Positions 1-12,800 of a DNA stretch of 64,000 bases are shown here, piece after piece. Each line of letters starts with the position of its first letter. Within the stretch, counting starts at the first letter, position 1. The stretch comes from Takakia lepidozioides (taxonomy: Eukaryota > Plantae > Bryophyta): the NCBI GenBank assembly GCA_030704615.1, contig CM060733.1:3534001-3598000 (forward strand), read 5' to 3'. The notes below the pieces were generated by a model. The model was not told where the DNA came from, made no database searches, and saw only the letters and a list, made by a program, of their open reading frames with translations. A program made the translations under genes and the position numbers.

Positions 1-117
1 CATGCCTCGGATGCCGAGGATGTAGCTATTGTATCTCCATTCCCCACGAAAAAAAAATGAAGCTTGTCCTCCTCTTTGTAATCCCTTTGTGCCTTCTTTG
101 GCGTCCACTGTGCTGTG

Positions 118-720
118 GAGGGGATGAAGGGGTGAGGGGATCCTTGAGGGGGATCAGACAACCAGGGATGTGGTGGATGAGGGGGTAGGGGGATCAGGGA
201 ACCGGGGGGGGGGGGGGGGGGGCCCACAAGGGATGACTTAGCGAGGGGAAGGGGATGAGGGAGATAAGGGAGCTGGGAAGGCGTTCAGGGGGGGATCAGG
301 GGATCCCGGGATCAGGGGCTCAGGTTCAGGGCAGTCGGGGGATGAGGGGATGAAGAAGACAAGGGATTGTATAAGGGGTTAGCAGGGATCGGGGAAGCAG
401 GGGAACGGGTGGGAGAGATCAGGGGATCAGGGAACCAGGGGAATGGTTGGGGAGATCAAGGGATTAGGGAACCAGGGGAACTGGCCGGGAGAAGAGGGGA
501 TCAGGGAACCAGGGGGACGGGTGGGGAGATCAGGGGATGAGGGAACGAGGGGAGCGGGCGGGAGACCAGGGGATCAGGGAACCAGAGGAACAGGCCGGGA
601 GATGAGGGATCATGGAGGGAATGTCGGGAGTTGGACGGGGGGATAAGGGATGAGGGGACCAGGGGTGAGGGGATGGGGGACGACAGGTTTTGAATCGGGG
701 GATCGGGGGATCACTGGTGA
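118..720. repeat. G-rich degenerate tandem repeat (GGGGATCAGGGAACC-like units) with a G19 run at 204-222
   Basis: Many copies of ggggatc/gggatgaggg/gggaaccaggg and extreme G skew. The same GATCCCC motif recurs (opposite strand in part) at 1080-1340, 3070-3470, 4200-4280 and 18700-19680. Confidence 0.85.
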
Positions 721-1986
721 AAAGTTGCGTGTGAAGGGGCAAGTTGTGAAAGGTCATTTCCGGTTTTATGGTGCACTGCCTTGCAAATGCAATGGTATCC
801 TCCTTTTCAAATGGAGAACTTTGAACTAGTGGCTTCACGTTGGAAGCGAATGTATAATGGTTATGAGACAAAATGGCTTTCGAAACCACATAAACGGTGT
901 CCGATATGTTATATATACTATGGGAATCCAAATGGTTCCCACCGAGGTCACCACAAATGTCTCTCATACCACTGTGAATCGCACAAAACTTCATGGGTCA
1001 CTGAACACAAGGCGCTGGCTTCAATAATTGCCCCGCCAAATGACAGCCGCACTGCCTTGTTGAGCGAACTCTTTGGGTGATACATGGGGGAGCAGTGCAC
1101 GGTGAAGGGGACCGGGCATATAAGTCCATTGCGAAGCCGCAGGGGATGGGGGGATGAGGGGGAGCAGTGAATGGGAAGGGGATCACGGGGAGCTGAGCAC
1201 AACCTCGGGAAGCAGGGGTGTGAGGGGGCCAGCTGTGATGAGAAGTGGGATGAGGGGGATCAGGGAACCTCTACCTTTTCAGGGGAGCAGAGGCCGAAGC
1301 ACTACACGAAGAGGGGGATGATGGGAGGAGGGGAGCAGTGTGCTTGCAATGCAAAAATGGTAGCAGGGAACGCACTAGGGACTGGTGGCAACCGTTTTTC
1401 AGTATGGGAATTCAGGACTGTTAATTTAAAGGCTAAACATAAAAGTGGGCGGTAATTTGTGTTTTGCACATCACTGCAAATGCATGCTTTCAGACTCAAT
1501 TGCAATAAAAGGTGGATGATCATCCACATCTCCTTCATTCCATTGTGAATCACAGAACACATGCATCACTAAACATAGCTTCAGCCATTTTGAATAATGA
1601 GAAATTGTTTGATACCAAATGTTTCGATGAGAATGCAATCTCAGGGAAATCAGCAATCTGAATGGGAGCACGAGAGCATAAACCTGCTTGCTCTCAACCC
1701 TTCAATCTGGGACGCCCAACTTGACGAAGTGCATGCAAAATTGACGAAGATGGAGGGATTGCTGAGACTCTTTCGGATCCAATACGTCTTGATTTTCGTG
1801 ACATAGAAACCTCTACCCAATCCTTTCTTCTCTTCAAACTCATTCCCGATCCATCCTAGACATGTTCAAACCTGCTTACAAGATGTGGGTGGAGAAGACC
1901 CACAGCCATGCGTGTGACCATTTGTGCTAGCTTTCCTCTCGTGACACGAAGGTCACTCAAAAGATGGTTCTGAAGGGCCATGTTAC

Positions 1987-4535
1987 CTTTCACACAGACT
2001 TCCAAACCAGCATCTCCTCTCGATGGCCTTCATGACAGTTGCCTGCGATTCATGGCAGGGTGCTGCTCCCCAAGACATTGCCAGCCGGAACCGTGTCTGG
2101 TGCAGGGGGATCAATGCCACACATGGGATCTGTGTCACACGGGGGCTCCGCAACGGACAAGGGATCAAGGTCGAGCAGCTTGACCATGCCCCCATTGAGT
2201 GTCCCAAGTCGTGTTCCACAAGTTTGGACAATTAAACCCTCTGGTACATGTGGCCGCAACATCTTGAACACCTTCACTTGGTGCTTGCATAGGTTCCCTT
2301 CCATGGCATTAGGGCAGTCACAACAAGCCCACTCGGATGCTGGATTGCATATAGTGTATACAGTGCCTAGAGAAGACATGTTTTTTTACCTTTGCAGGAT
2401 CCCCGTGTGCTCGGGCAATTCCACGTTGGATTCCGGTATCTGCCCAGCCATCCACACCGCATTTTGCACGAAATGTTCCATCCTAGAGTTGCGAATGAAC
2501 CCTTCAGCTTTCAAGGTCAAAATGTACCAGTAATGTGTGAGGAGGCTACCTGTCAGGATGTAGACCAACCAATCCAGTCGACGCCCATCCATTTTCTGTC
2601 TTGTACAAGTTGGTTTGGGACGCTCTTCAGGTTTGCATGGTACGCTTCAATTCCAGCATTCGTATCTTGTCCTGCATGTGGGATATTTCGAGCTCCAACA
2701 ACCCACATGTCCACTTTCGGGATCCACCATTTGTGGATATACAAGAAGAACAGTTTAGTTGCGGGATACTTTGTTTGTAACTCATACAATCTAAACACAG
2801 CCCAGGCGTGCGAAGAGTCACCAATGGGACCACCTTATTGTACATGATGTCACCCATACCTTGCAAGACATCAGCCCTTAACTGGGCATCCTTGATCTTC
2901 TCGATGGCATTCCTCAGCCAGGCCCTTCGAACATGCCAAAGGCACAGGAAAACCGGCACCCCTGGGAACGTATGCCTGAACCATCCACAAAACGGCATTA
3001 GCAAGGCCACTACAACACCACAACAGGACCCACAAAATCAGATACAAGTATGAATCTCTGATAAGTGCTCCCTGCTCGTGATCCCTTGATCCCCTGATCC
3101 CCTTTGACTGAAACCCCTTATGCAGATCCGGTGAAGGCAATGAAAGGGGAATACATGAGCCCTCCTATGGCCAATGAAAGGACGATAAAAAATCACATTG
3201 TCGGATCAACATGCTGGTCCTGATCCCCTGGTACCCTGAGTGTCCGAAGTCCCTGATCACTGATCCCATAATTGATCCCCTTTCATTGATCCCCCCATGC
3301 AACCTTGGACTCCTGGACCCTCGATCATTGTCGGTTGTGAGATCTGCTGCTCCTGATCCCCTGCTACCCTCTCCTGGTCCCCTGATCACTGATCCCATAA
3401 TCGATCCCCTTTCACTGATCCCCCATGCAACCCTAAACTCTTGGTCCCCTCTACACGGATCCCCCGGCAGGAAACATTGTGACTGTTCCCCTCTCAGTGC
3501 TCCCCTCATGCAGAAGCAGGCAAGGCAATGGAAGTTCATTGGTAGGGGGGAGGGATTGAGAACAAACCAAATGGCGTTAATCTCAGCATCGGCATCGTCC
3601 ACAATGAATGCATTGGGACGCCAATCCGGCTGATCGGCCTGGAGCCTTTGACGAAGAGCCAACATCCAACTTGACAAATCATTGGCATTGTTTCTTGACG
3701 ATATTATGTATGCAACAGGGATGCCGTTCAGCCAAATGTCGAAGACCATAAGAGTATACATGGCATACTGCACACAAAGACAAATATGTGCAATGTAAGT
3801 ACTTTTGTTTTGAAAATAGGCGAAACATTTTACTGAAATTAATTACAAGAAATCACAGGAGGTGAACCCCGAACCCTGCAACCCCTTCTATTCTCATTTT
3901 AGTATTATGTGATCCCCCCTGCGGGCTATGCCATGATCCCCTAGAAGGAGACCATCCCTCCATCATTCCTCTCTATAACCTCCCAAGGCATGCATTTGCT
4001 AAGCTGTCTTCCCTCCTGCCGGCGCACCCCTCACTACAAATCACACAAGCACACGTCATGGTCCCAAAATGGTCCCAACATATATAGAGCAGTATACATA
4101 ATGGAGTTTGGCCTATGTGTCTAGTCCCCTAATGGGCTGAGGCAGCTGTAGTGTCGAATCCGATAGGGGGATTACTAGGTCACTGGTGATGACCCAGTGT
4201 CGTGATCCCCTACACATCGGATAAGGCTATGTCCCCCCTGTGCCCCTGATCTCTACTGATCCCCTGCTCCCCACTAATCCCCTTCACAGTGAAAGGTGCT
4301 ATGCTCTCAGGCTCCCAGGAGCCACGCCGTCGATTCCCACACACCTTGTTCATTCGTTCCGAAGGTACTCACAAGAGATGATATGTTTGTCACCCATTTG
4401 GAGCATTGTTTTTTCCTGAAATTTTGTTTGAATGCCAATGGCAAATTTGAGGTCGACATTGCCGCGCCATGTTCCTCCTGCAGGGGCATCAGGCGTGTCC
4501 TCTTGATAGAAGAAAACACTCTGGGGCTGGCCCTC
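1987..4535 (-). pseudogene. 3' part of a MULE (Mutator-like) DDE transposase with C-terminal SWIM zinc finger, At4g13970-like family; spliced and frameshifted
   Basis: Translated segments QSVFFYQE..FAIGIQT..STFGTN (4345-4535), YTLMVFD..GIPVAYIIS..AFIVDDADAEINAI (3568-3767), FLCLWHVRRAW, DTNAGIEAYHANLK, RRLDWLVYIL and SWIM CDCPNAMEGNLCKH (~2270-2320). GT-AG introns at about 4344-3768 and 3567-2976. Further 3' exons below 1987 were not resolved. Confidence 0.85.
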
Positions 4536-5430
4536 TGTCGCGCGGCTTTTACTCACCCATCCCTTCGCTATCCGAGGCGGAAACTCCAAGATAGAAGAGT
4601 TGGAAATCTCTAAGTACTCAGCCCGCACAGAACAATCAGTCATGACCTACAGCTAGTGTATCATGGGGGTGTTTCCTATTTGTTTTCCCTTTCCGCATTC
4701 ATGTTAGCTACCTTACCATTGATAATTAAGTATCAGTTTGCTTCATCAATCTATCGGATTCCATCAACTCATCAATTCATTCCACAGCTTCACTCAGATC
4801 TCTCTACACAGTGTGATTGTATCGTATAAGTATCAGATTATGATTTATCAGGTATCAGGCCGAAGCCATTGTGTCTCTAATCTGCTCTACAATATCACTA
4901 CAAGCTTTGCATATAACAATCATCTACTAATCATCTCCCCTCCTCCTTCACCCTCTCTCCGATCTTACTCTCCGCCCGATCCCTCTCATCCTGACCAAGA
5001 ACTCCCCCCCCCTCTCCGTCAAGTGTTTTTTCCTTCCCCTACCCGGCTCTAACCGTTTTCCCTCACTAACCGTCGTCCCGTGAACTAACATGTTCCATTT
5101 GCAGGTGTTGTTCCCCACAGTCGTTCCCTGTCCTGCTCTCCGTTCCCTATGATCGTGACAGTTGTGTCAAGCTGTGACTGGCTGTGTGAAACTGTGACGG
5201 GGGCTGTGACTGGGTGTGGCTGTGTGGCTGTGTGCTGGCTGGCTGTGTCGGCTGTGACGACTGTGACGGGCTGTGTTGGCTGTGTTTGGCTGTGACGACT
5301 GTGACGCTGTGTAACCCCCCTCTACAGTGCGCTGCTGTCACCCCTAAGGCTCCTGTTGGTCTCAGTCTGTGCAAAATTAAGGCCCTACAGATCCCGTATA
5401 AGTGTCTAAGTCCCAGACAGTCCTCTAACA
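4536..5430 (-). repeat. 3' LTR (895 bp)
   Basis: tgtcgcgcggctttt...gtcctctaaca is repeated at 16545-17372. Contains a (ggctgtg) degenerate microrepeat at 5165-5315. Confidence 0.95.
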
Positions 5431-5447
5431 TTACCCCTTCCCCTCTC
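5431..5447 (-). other. Polypurine tract
   Basis: Minus strand GAGAGGGGAAGGGGTAA immediately precedes the 3' LTR start TGTTAGAGG. Confidence 0.9.
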
Positions 5448-5468
5448 AAAAAGCCGTGTCCTCACGGT

Positions 5469-8400
5469 TTACTGATTGCGATTAAAACCTTTGTGAGTGA
5501 GAGCACCTTTCTGACGTTGAGAGTTTCGTGGCGGACTGTGTGTACGAGCCCGAGGTCTGTCACTGGTTGACGGAGATGTTTGAACACTACCTGGATAAGT
5601 GAGGCCCTCTGGAGGCTGATATCGAGGTAACCTTTCAGGCATAGGAGACCCCCGTCGCTTCTTCTCTGCCATCTGAATTGCATAGTCTTCTCCCCATGTC
5701 AAAAGAATCCGCTGAAGAAACAGTTGTATCAGAATCCTCATCGCCTCTCAGGTGTTTTAATTTTGAACTTTTTGTGGAATCCTCTGGGGCATACAATGTT
5801 GTCCTACCATGTCTGGAAGTTTATATTTTACAACTTGCTGTAACCGCTGAACAGCAAAATTGGTGAGACACTGAGCTCCTTGTCTGTCCAGGTGAGTGGG
5901 GTACCAATTACTTGTGCACCGTGCAAGTATTTCCATGCCACATGTCCCTTATAGAAATATCATCAATGCCGAATTTCTGTGTTGACAAATTGTTCCAGGC
6001 CGCTTGAAACCATGAACGAATTTGAGAATCCTTTTGCATCATAACTTTTGCCTCATATAGGTACATATGAGGTGGCACAAGGTAAGACCCAATGATCCCC
6101 ACTGGAATAACTCAGAAAGCGCGTTGCATCTTGTGTTGCTCAATGTGATAACGTACCAGAAAACAAGCAGCGTAGTATAACCCGCATCCCATGACAATAC
6201 TTGCTACCTCTCCTTGGTCTTGGTATAAATGAATCCATGTACAACTTGGAAAGCAATTAATTCCCTCAACATGGTACCCCTCATGCCAGTATGTGCAAAG
6301 TGATGATCCTCAATATGTCGATTGTTCGGAAGAACTTTAGTCCTAGTTGCCACTGGCAGCCAAATACGCATGATTTGGTAGTAATGTGCGAATGACTGCG
6401 GAGGACTAAATTCTTTCCAAGCCAAATCCAACATGATGGGAATTTGGTTGAAGGGCATAATCATAGCCCTACTGTACTCCCTTGCAGCTGGAGTTTTAGG
6501 TGGTTAAAAGCAGCATTGCCCCATACCTCAGGCTGTGGTGGCTGTGTGTGGTTGTAGTAACACAGGTTCAGCTACTGGTACAGTGACTTGTTGTGGTGTT
6601 GGTGGTACTGGCTCTTGTATCATTGGCATCCTGCACCTCCTGTGAAGACTGAAAAGCCAAAGTTCTGGCTTGTAAATAAGAAGCCATTAGCTGTTCCTGA
6701 GGGATATAGACTCTTTTGTCGATATTTGAAGTGAGGTCCTCCACTTGAGTCTGCAGTCCGTCTACATCCTCCTGTAACTCTGCTATCCTACTATAGACAT
6801 TGTCTATAGTAGTTGTGGCAATGTTCTGCACTTGCAGTCTGAGCTCATTCATCTCGCTTTGGGTGAGCTTTCGTGGTGCTTTGCCCTCCACTGGCCCTTG
6901 TGCTAACCAGACCTGCATAAGGTGGTTATCCACCAAGTTGCTTGTGGTTCCCTGAGAGTGTGCTCCTCTCTGTTGTACACATTTAACTGCTGTTGTAAAG
7001 CCTCCATGCGCTTCGCATGAGGTTCAACCAAATTCGCATAGGCAGCAAGTATTATTGGCTTCCTTCCAAGCCTTGTTAGACCGAGATTCATTTCTATTGG
7101 CCATGACCGTTTGTTGCAACTCCAGGATGTGCTCTCTTGATCAGCTTCAACCTGCCTGTATTGCTTGAAAGTATCCTCATTGCGACAGATTGTATTCTTC
7201 ATCGACAATGAGTTTCATTTGCTCAACATTCTCTTCTTCTGCCTTCGTACATTTTTTCCGCTTGACTGTTTATTTCTTTTGTAGATTGGTCAAGCATAGT
7301 TTGTGAATGTAGCACATTGTATGCCATCCTGTCATGCACTGTCTGCAACTCGTATGTAGTGCATTCACTTCTTGCAACTTGCTTTCATGCTTCACCTGCA
7401 TTTGGTAGCTGTTGCTTATGTGCTTCGTGCAACTGGTCTTGCGCGAGGCCTGCCTCAATCAATTGTTCCTTGGCCAATTGCAAAGCCGCTTCTGTATTTC
7501 CAAGTCCTGCTGCATCTTGAGAGTGACCTCTCATCGACCTTGTTTGCACACTCAGTGGCTAGTCGAGCCTCAAACTCCTTCCTGAGTTCCTCTCTCAAGG
7601 CTGTCAATTGGGTAGTTGGAACATGGGATTTGACATAAGTCCCCAACAATTAAGTGTCCTGCCTATGGAACTCATCAGCATTGCCTGTTGAGGGTCATCA
7701 TGGTGAGGTTGCTGCTGTTCCTCCTGATCCTCAACAGTGTGATGTCTCACGAACCATCAGGCCATTGTCCCACCGATTTTTCTTCCTGAACCACTTCATC
7801 TATCACCGGTGCTGCAGTGTCTGACCTTCTGCCTGTGGTACCTCCGACACAGGTGTGTGTATTATATGCACCTCAGGATTTCCCTTGGGCAACTGTTGCA
7901 CCTCTGGAATCTCTGTCTCCTTGACCAGACCAGAATATTCATAGAGAAGGTCCCCCTTCTCAATTTCTGCCACTATCTGTTCTGTAGTTGGAATATCTAA
8001 CCCTTCTTTTTCCAAATCAATTATTTCTGGTTGAGCTGCATGGACAACTTGTGAACCTTGTGACAAGCCGATCAGCTGGCTGTGATGGCTGTGATACTGA
8101 AGTAACTTCCTCTTCCCTCTCTGAAGGTCCTGCTTCCAGTAATAGCAGTTCTCTGTGCTGCTGTGCCCCTTCCTGCACATGAGCTTGGGAAACATTATCA
8201 TGCGGAATCCGTGAAGCCAGTGGATCCGCCACTACAGTCTTTCCCCGTCTCTGCCTCTTAGTCTCGGGTTGCCCTGCTAGTCCACCCTCACTGTGTGAAG
8301 AGCCTTGCTCTTCCATTGCAGTGGTTTCTGGCTCAAACACTCCCATCTCCTTTCTTTCTTGCGCATCAAGTATGCCAGAATCAAGAATTATTTGAGCAAT

Positions 8401-8990
8401 GATTGGGCCAGACACTATGATAGGAGACTTTGCGGTAGTACCTTGTAATCTTTTCATCTCCTCTACCAGTGCGTTGTACATTATGTCCGCCATTCTACCT
8501 CTTGTCCTTCAGGGCTTTGAGTATTTCCTCCGTGAAGGATCTGCTCAAATACTGTTGGTTCTGTTTCATGGCAATCAGAACGTTCAATACCTGGCCTACC
8601 TCCTTTAGCCCTGGGTACACGGCCTTGGTACAAGCATAACCCTGAGTTTTAAAGAAACTCCCTTCTTGGAATAAGTCCCCTATTTGCAGTCTTGCCCTGT
8701 GTTCCTCCACATGCACCTGACCTGCTGGCAATCGAAACAATTGCTGGAGGTATAGGGGAGTAATTACTAATTCAACTCCCTTCACCGTTGTTGTTCCTGT
8801 CCTTGGCTCAAAGTTCTGCAAAATTGTAACATGTACTGTCTATGGTGTAATGTCCAATCTATGCTTTGCAATCCTTGCAATCTCAGCTCCTTCAGTATCT
8901 GTATCGCCTGTGGGGTAGCAATCGTTTGTTTCTGCAGAATTGTGGTGCTCTCACCCTGATTTCCTCCATTCCTCTCACTCTCTTCATTTT
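5469..8990 (-). pseudogene. Long extra (post-pol, 'env-position') ORF of the Gypsy element, frameshifted; unknown function, central coiled coil
   Basis: Abutting same-strand ORFs 8495-8821, 8017-8493, 7803-8201, 7455-7649, 6903-7208, 6568-6936, 6204-6464, 5908-6102 and 5469-5741. Heptad-like stretch LQVQNIATTTIDNVYSRIAELQEDVDGLQTQVEDL. Confidence 0.65.
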
Positions 8991-9664
8991 AGACCCACAG
9001 AAATGTTTTGGCTGTAACAACTGCAGAAATGCCTGTAGTGCACAAAGCATAAACGTATGGTTGCCACAAAGCTATGGGTAATTTCTTGTAAGCCTGCGGG
9101 CTTGCAAGCATCGCTCAAGAGAAAAGCTCCGCTCTGTTCTTTCGTGTCTATGCCACTGCGTAAGTAATATTGCGAGCGTATAGTCTGTTAGTTCCTCCAT
9201 AGTTTCCAAGCTATAGCATTGATGGTTTGTCCTGTCGAGACGCCCGTTACTCAGAACGACGCCGCCTCTTGCGCTTAATTTCCCTCCAATTTCTTGATCC
9301 TTTCTCTGGCTTTCTATTGGCTGTAACCGCTGTGACTGGATTTTAGATTTCATTTTCTTTAGTGGACTTTCCCTGCTGGATAGTCCACTAGGATCACACA
9401 TGTGACAAGAATTTCGCTTTTCTGTACTTGCCGTTTTTCCGTTCCCTTTTTCCGTATTCATTAATGGGCCCCTTTCATCCCTTTTGACGGCCGTTCTTGT
9501 CCTCTTTCTTTATGACACCTGTTCTTGCACTTCCTTCTCAGCTGTGTGTCGCGCCCTGACTTCCACGTGTCTATTTTTAAACTGGTTTCCGTCTTTTCTT
9601 CCGTCAGCCATTTTCCTGAAGTTATTGTCCACTTGTCACTGATTCTATGGATCGTGTAACCTAG

Positions 9665-9850
9665 TAGGCTGTGTTGAGCTGTGACAGGCTGTGTCATACT
9701 GTGGTACGTGTGATAGGCTGTGATGCACTGTGGTAAGCTGTGATAGGCTGTGACACGCTGTGGTAGGTTGTGATAGGCTGTGTTGCGCCGTGCTGGGCTG
9801 TGATAGGCTGTGTCACGTGTGATGGGTGTGATAGCTGTATAGGCTGTGTT
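9665..9850. repeat. Degenerate ~10/30-bp tandem repeat (gctgtgatag / ggctgtgaca) at the end of pol
   Basis: Repeated ctgtgataggctgtg units, translating as QPITAYHS repeats at the integrase ORF end. Confidence 0.8.
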
Positions 9851-12800
9851 TCATATATGCTTGGCCTAGCGACAAGTGCTCCATACTCCGTTGGTAACAC
9901 TGGCAGCCCGTGACTGCTCTTGCGTTTCAACATGCAAATCATGCTGCAATGGTTTGTCATGGATACCACTGTACCCTTTAACTTATTGGCATTGACTCTT
10001 CCCAGCATTTCTTTGTTAATGGTTTGTAACATGGCGGTGTTGTTATCATACATCTTTTGTATGACATAAGGTCCTTTCCATGGTGATTTAAGCTTAGAAG
10101 CTTTAATCTTTCCTTTCTTCTGCAACCATAGAACCAAATCCCCCGTCTTAAAAGTCTTTAACTTGCCTTCATCAAACTGTTCCTTTCTCTTCATCTGAAT
10201 TCTGGTCATATTATCAGCTGCATCAGCACGTACTTCTTCCACATGGTATAATTCATGTTTCCTGACCTTAATGGAATCTTGCAATTCCATTCTCTTTCCC
10301 CACTCCGTTCTCATGGTAGGTAACAGGAATTCCACTGGAAGTAAGGCTTCCATACCATAAACTAATTGGAATGGTGTATACTTAGTGGTGACTTTATATG
10401 AAGTCCTGTATGACCACAAAGCTGTCAGCAGCTTTGTATCCCAATCCGTTCTGTTTGCATTGACTATCTTAGCCAAGATAGTACATAGTATTTTGTTGGT
10501 AGCCTCTGCCTGCCCATTACCCTGTGGGTAATATGTTGTACTCTTTCTATGCACAATCATGAACTCTTTAGTCAACAACTCAATGGTCTCATTCATGAAG
10601 TGACTTCCCTGATCACTGATAAATTCTAAGGGACAGCCAAATCGTGTAAGTATGTTCTCATACAGGAACCTTGCTGTGGACTTGGCTGTGTTGTCCCTCA
10701 AAGCTTTAGCTTCCACCCACTTCGTAGTATAATCAGTGGCTGTAATTGTACCTGTTCCGTGTATTCTTGGCTGGTGGGTTAATTGGTCCAACAAAGTCTA
10801 GTCCCCATTTCTGAAATGGTTCCGTAGGCATTGTAGGATGCAAGGCCATCCTTCCAGATCTCTGCAAAGGTCCTAGCCTCTGACATTCATCACAACTCTG
10901 ACAATACTCGTGTACATCTTTGAACAAAGTAGGCCACCAGTAACCTGCGAGTAGTATCTTCCTACTGGTAGTCTCTTCTCCAAAATGACCTCCAGCCACT
11001 CCTTTATGAACTTCCTCCAAAACTTTATTTACTTCATGGTGGTACAAGCATCGTTTTAGTACTCCATCAGGTCCTAGCTTATACATTCTGCTTCCTACCA
11101 TAGTATAAGGTAAAGCTTTGATAGCGATTCTCTTCCTCTGCTCCTTACCATAACTAGGTGGCACTGACCATGAGCAAGGTAGTATCTGATTGGCCACTGC
11201 CAATCTAACCAGTCATCTGCACTTCCCTGCACCTCCACTGCAAAGAGACTCGCATCTGGTAATTGATCATCTATCCTGTGGCTGGTTCTCCTGTTGATAA
11301 CCGTGACAAGTGATCCGCCACAAGATGCAGTCTCCCAGGCTTGTAAACAACCTCGAACTCAAACTCGTGCAAGATTATCAACCATCTTGCTATTCTTCCG
11401 CTTATCAGAGGTTTGTTTACCAGGTATATCAGAGCCTGGTGATCCACATAGAACATAAACTTCTTGCCCAACAGGTAATGCCTGAATTTCTTCACTGCAT
11501 AGATCATTGCCAATGCTTCTCTTTCCGTTGTGCTATAGTTCCTTTCAGCACTGTTCATCAACCTGCTAGCATAGTACACAGGTGAATCTATATTTCCTGT
11601 AACATTCTGGGCTAACACCGCTCCCAACTTCTCCTGATGCATCGCAGTGAACATGAAATACATGCCAGTGAGGGTTAATCAGCACAGGTGTAGTTGTTAC
11701 TGACAGTGTAAGTTCCTCAAACGCCTGTTGACATTCAGCTGTCCAGGCAAACACTGCATCTTTCTTCAGAAGCTTGCTCAATGGTGCTGCTATTTGTGCA
11801 TACCTTTTGACAAATCTTCTGTAATAACTGGTTTGCCCAAGGAATCTCCTTAGACTTTTAACATTCACTGGTGGTGGAGAGGCTTTAATGGACTCTGTCT
11901 TTCTGGATCCACAAGAAGTCCCTTCTTACACACAATGTGTCCCAGAAGCACCCCTGAGTTCACACAGAAAGTACACTTCTCTGGATTCAGGCCCAGACCT
12001 CTCATCCTGCATCTGGCCAGACATAACTCCAATTTATGCAAGTGCTCATTCTTAGCTGTACACACTGAAATCATCCAAGAATACCTGCATGAAATCATCC
12101 AGATACTCATGAAAAGATTCACTTATCACTCTCTGAAAGGTCGCTGGTGCATTACAAAGTCCAAAGGGCATGACTTTGTATGCATAAGCCCCCAGTCTGT
12201 GATGAAAGCTGTTTTCCCTTGGTCTTCTTCTGCCACTTGCACTTGATTATAACCACTGAAGCCATCCATGAATGAGTACATCTCATGGCCTGCCACAGTG
12301 TCTAATACTGCTTCTGTGAATGGCAAAGGGAAAGGATCTTTCTTCGTACAAGCATTCAGCTTCTTGTAGTTCACACATACTCTTAGTTTGCCATTCTTCT
12401 TGGGAACTATAACAATGGGTGACAACCAAGTTGTATACTCTATTGGGTATATAAACTTAGCCTCAGCCAACTTCTTATCTCTTCTCCAACCTTCTGTGCG
12501 TAGTTGGGATTCATTCTGTACCTCGCCTGCTTGATTGGTACTGACCCTGGTTCCAGTTCAATCTTATGCTGACAGACTTCAGGTGGTATCCCTTTTAGAT
12601 CCTCATAGCTCCAAGCAAATACATCTCTGTATTTGATGAACAAGCTTTTAGCTTCTTCAAAGAATCCGGCTCCAAATCAGCTCCTACTTTCACCATCCTC
12701 GGTTCCTCTTTAGTTCCCACATTCACTTCCCTCACTGCTCATCAGCTGTGATTGTCCAACCAGTCACCACTTCATCCTGTAAGCTCACAGTGGCTGGTTC

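Noticed and set aside
18-23. GGATGT as left TIR matching ACATCC at 19675-19680
   Set aside because: Only 6 bp match and no TSD; the true boundary may lie outside the window.
530-1080. ORFs 530-994 (-) and 781-1080 (+)
   Set aside because: No recognisable domain; may be decayed 3' exons of the MULE-like element, but unsupported.
2367-2389. Apparent GT..AG mini-intron in the transposase
   Set aside because: 23 nt is too short; better explained by a homopolymer frameshift.
9694-12470. Assignment of the large Gypsy to Tat/Ogre
   Set aside because: No additional archaeal-type RNase H is visible between RH and INT; lineage left as non-chromovirus.
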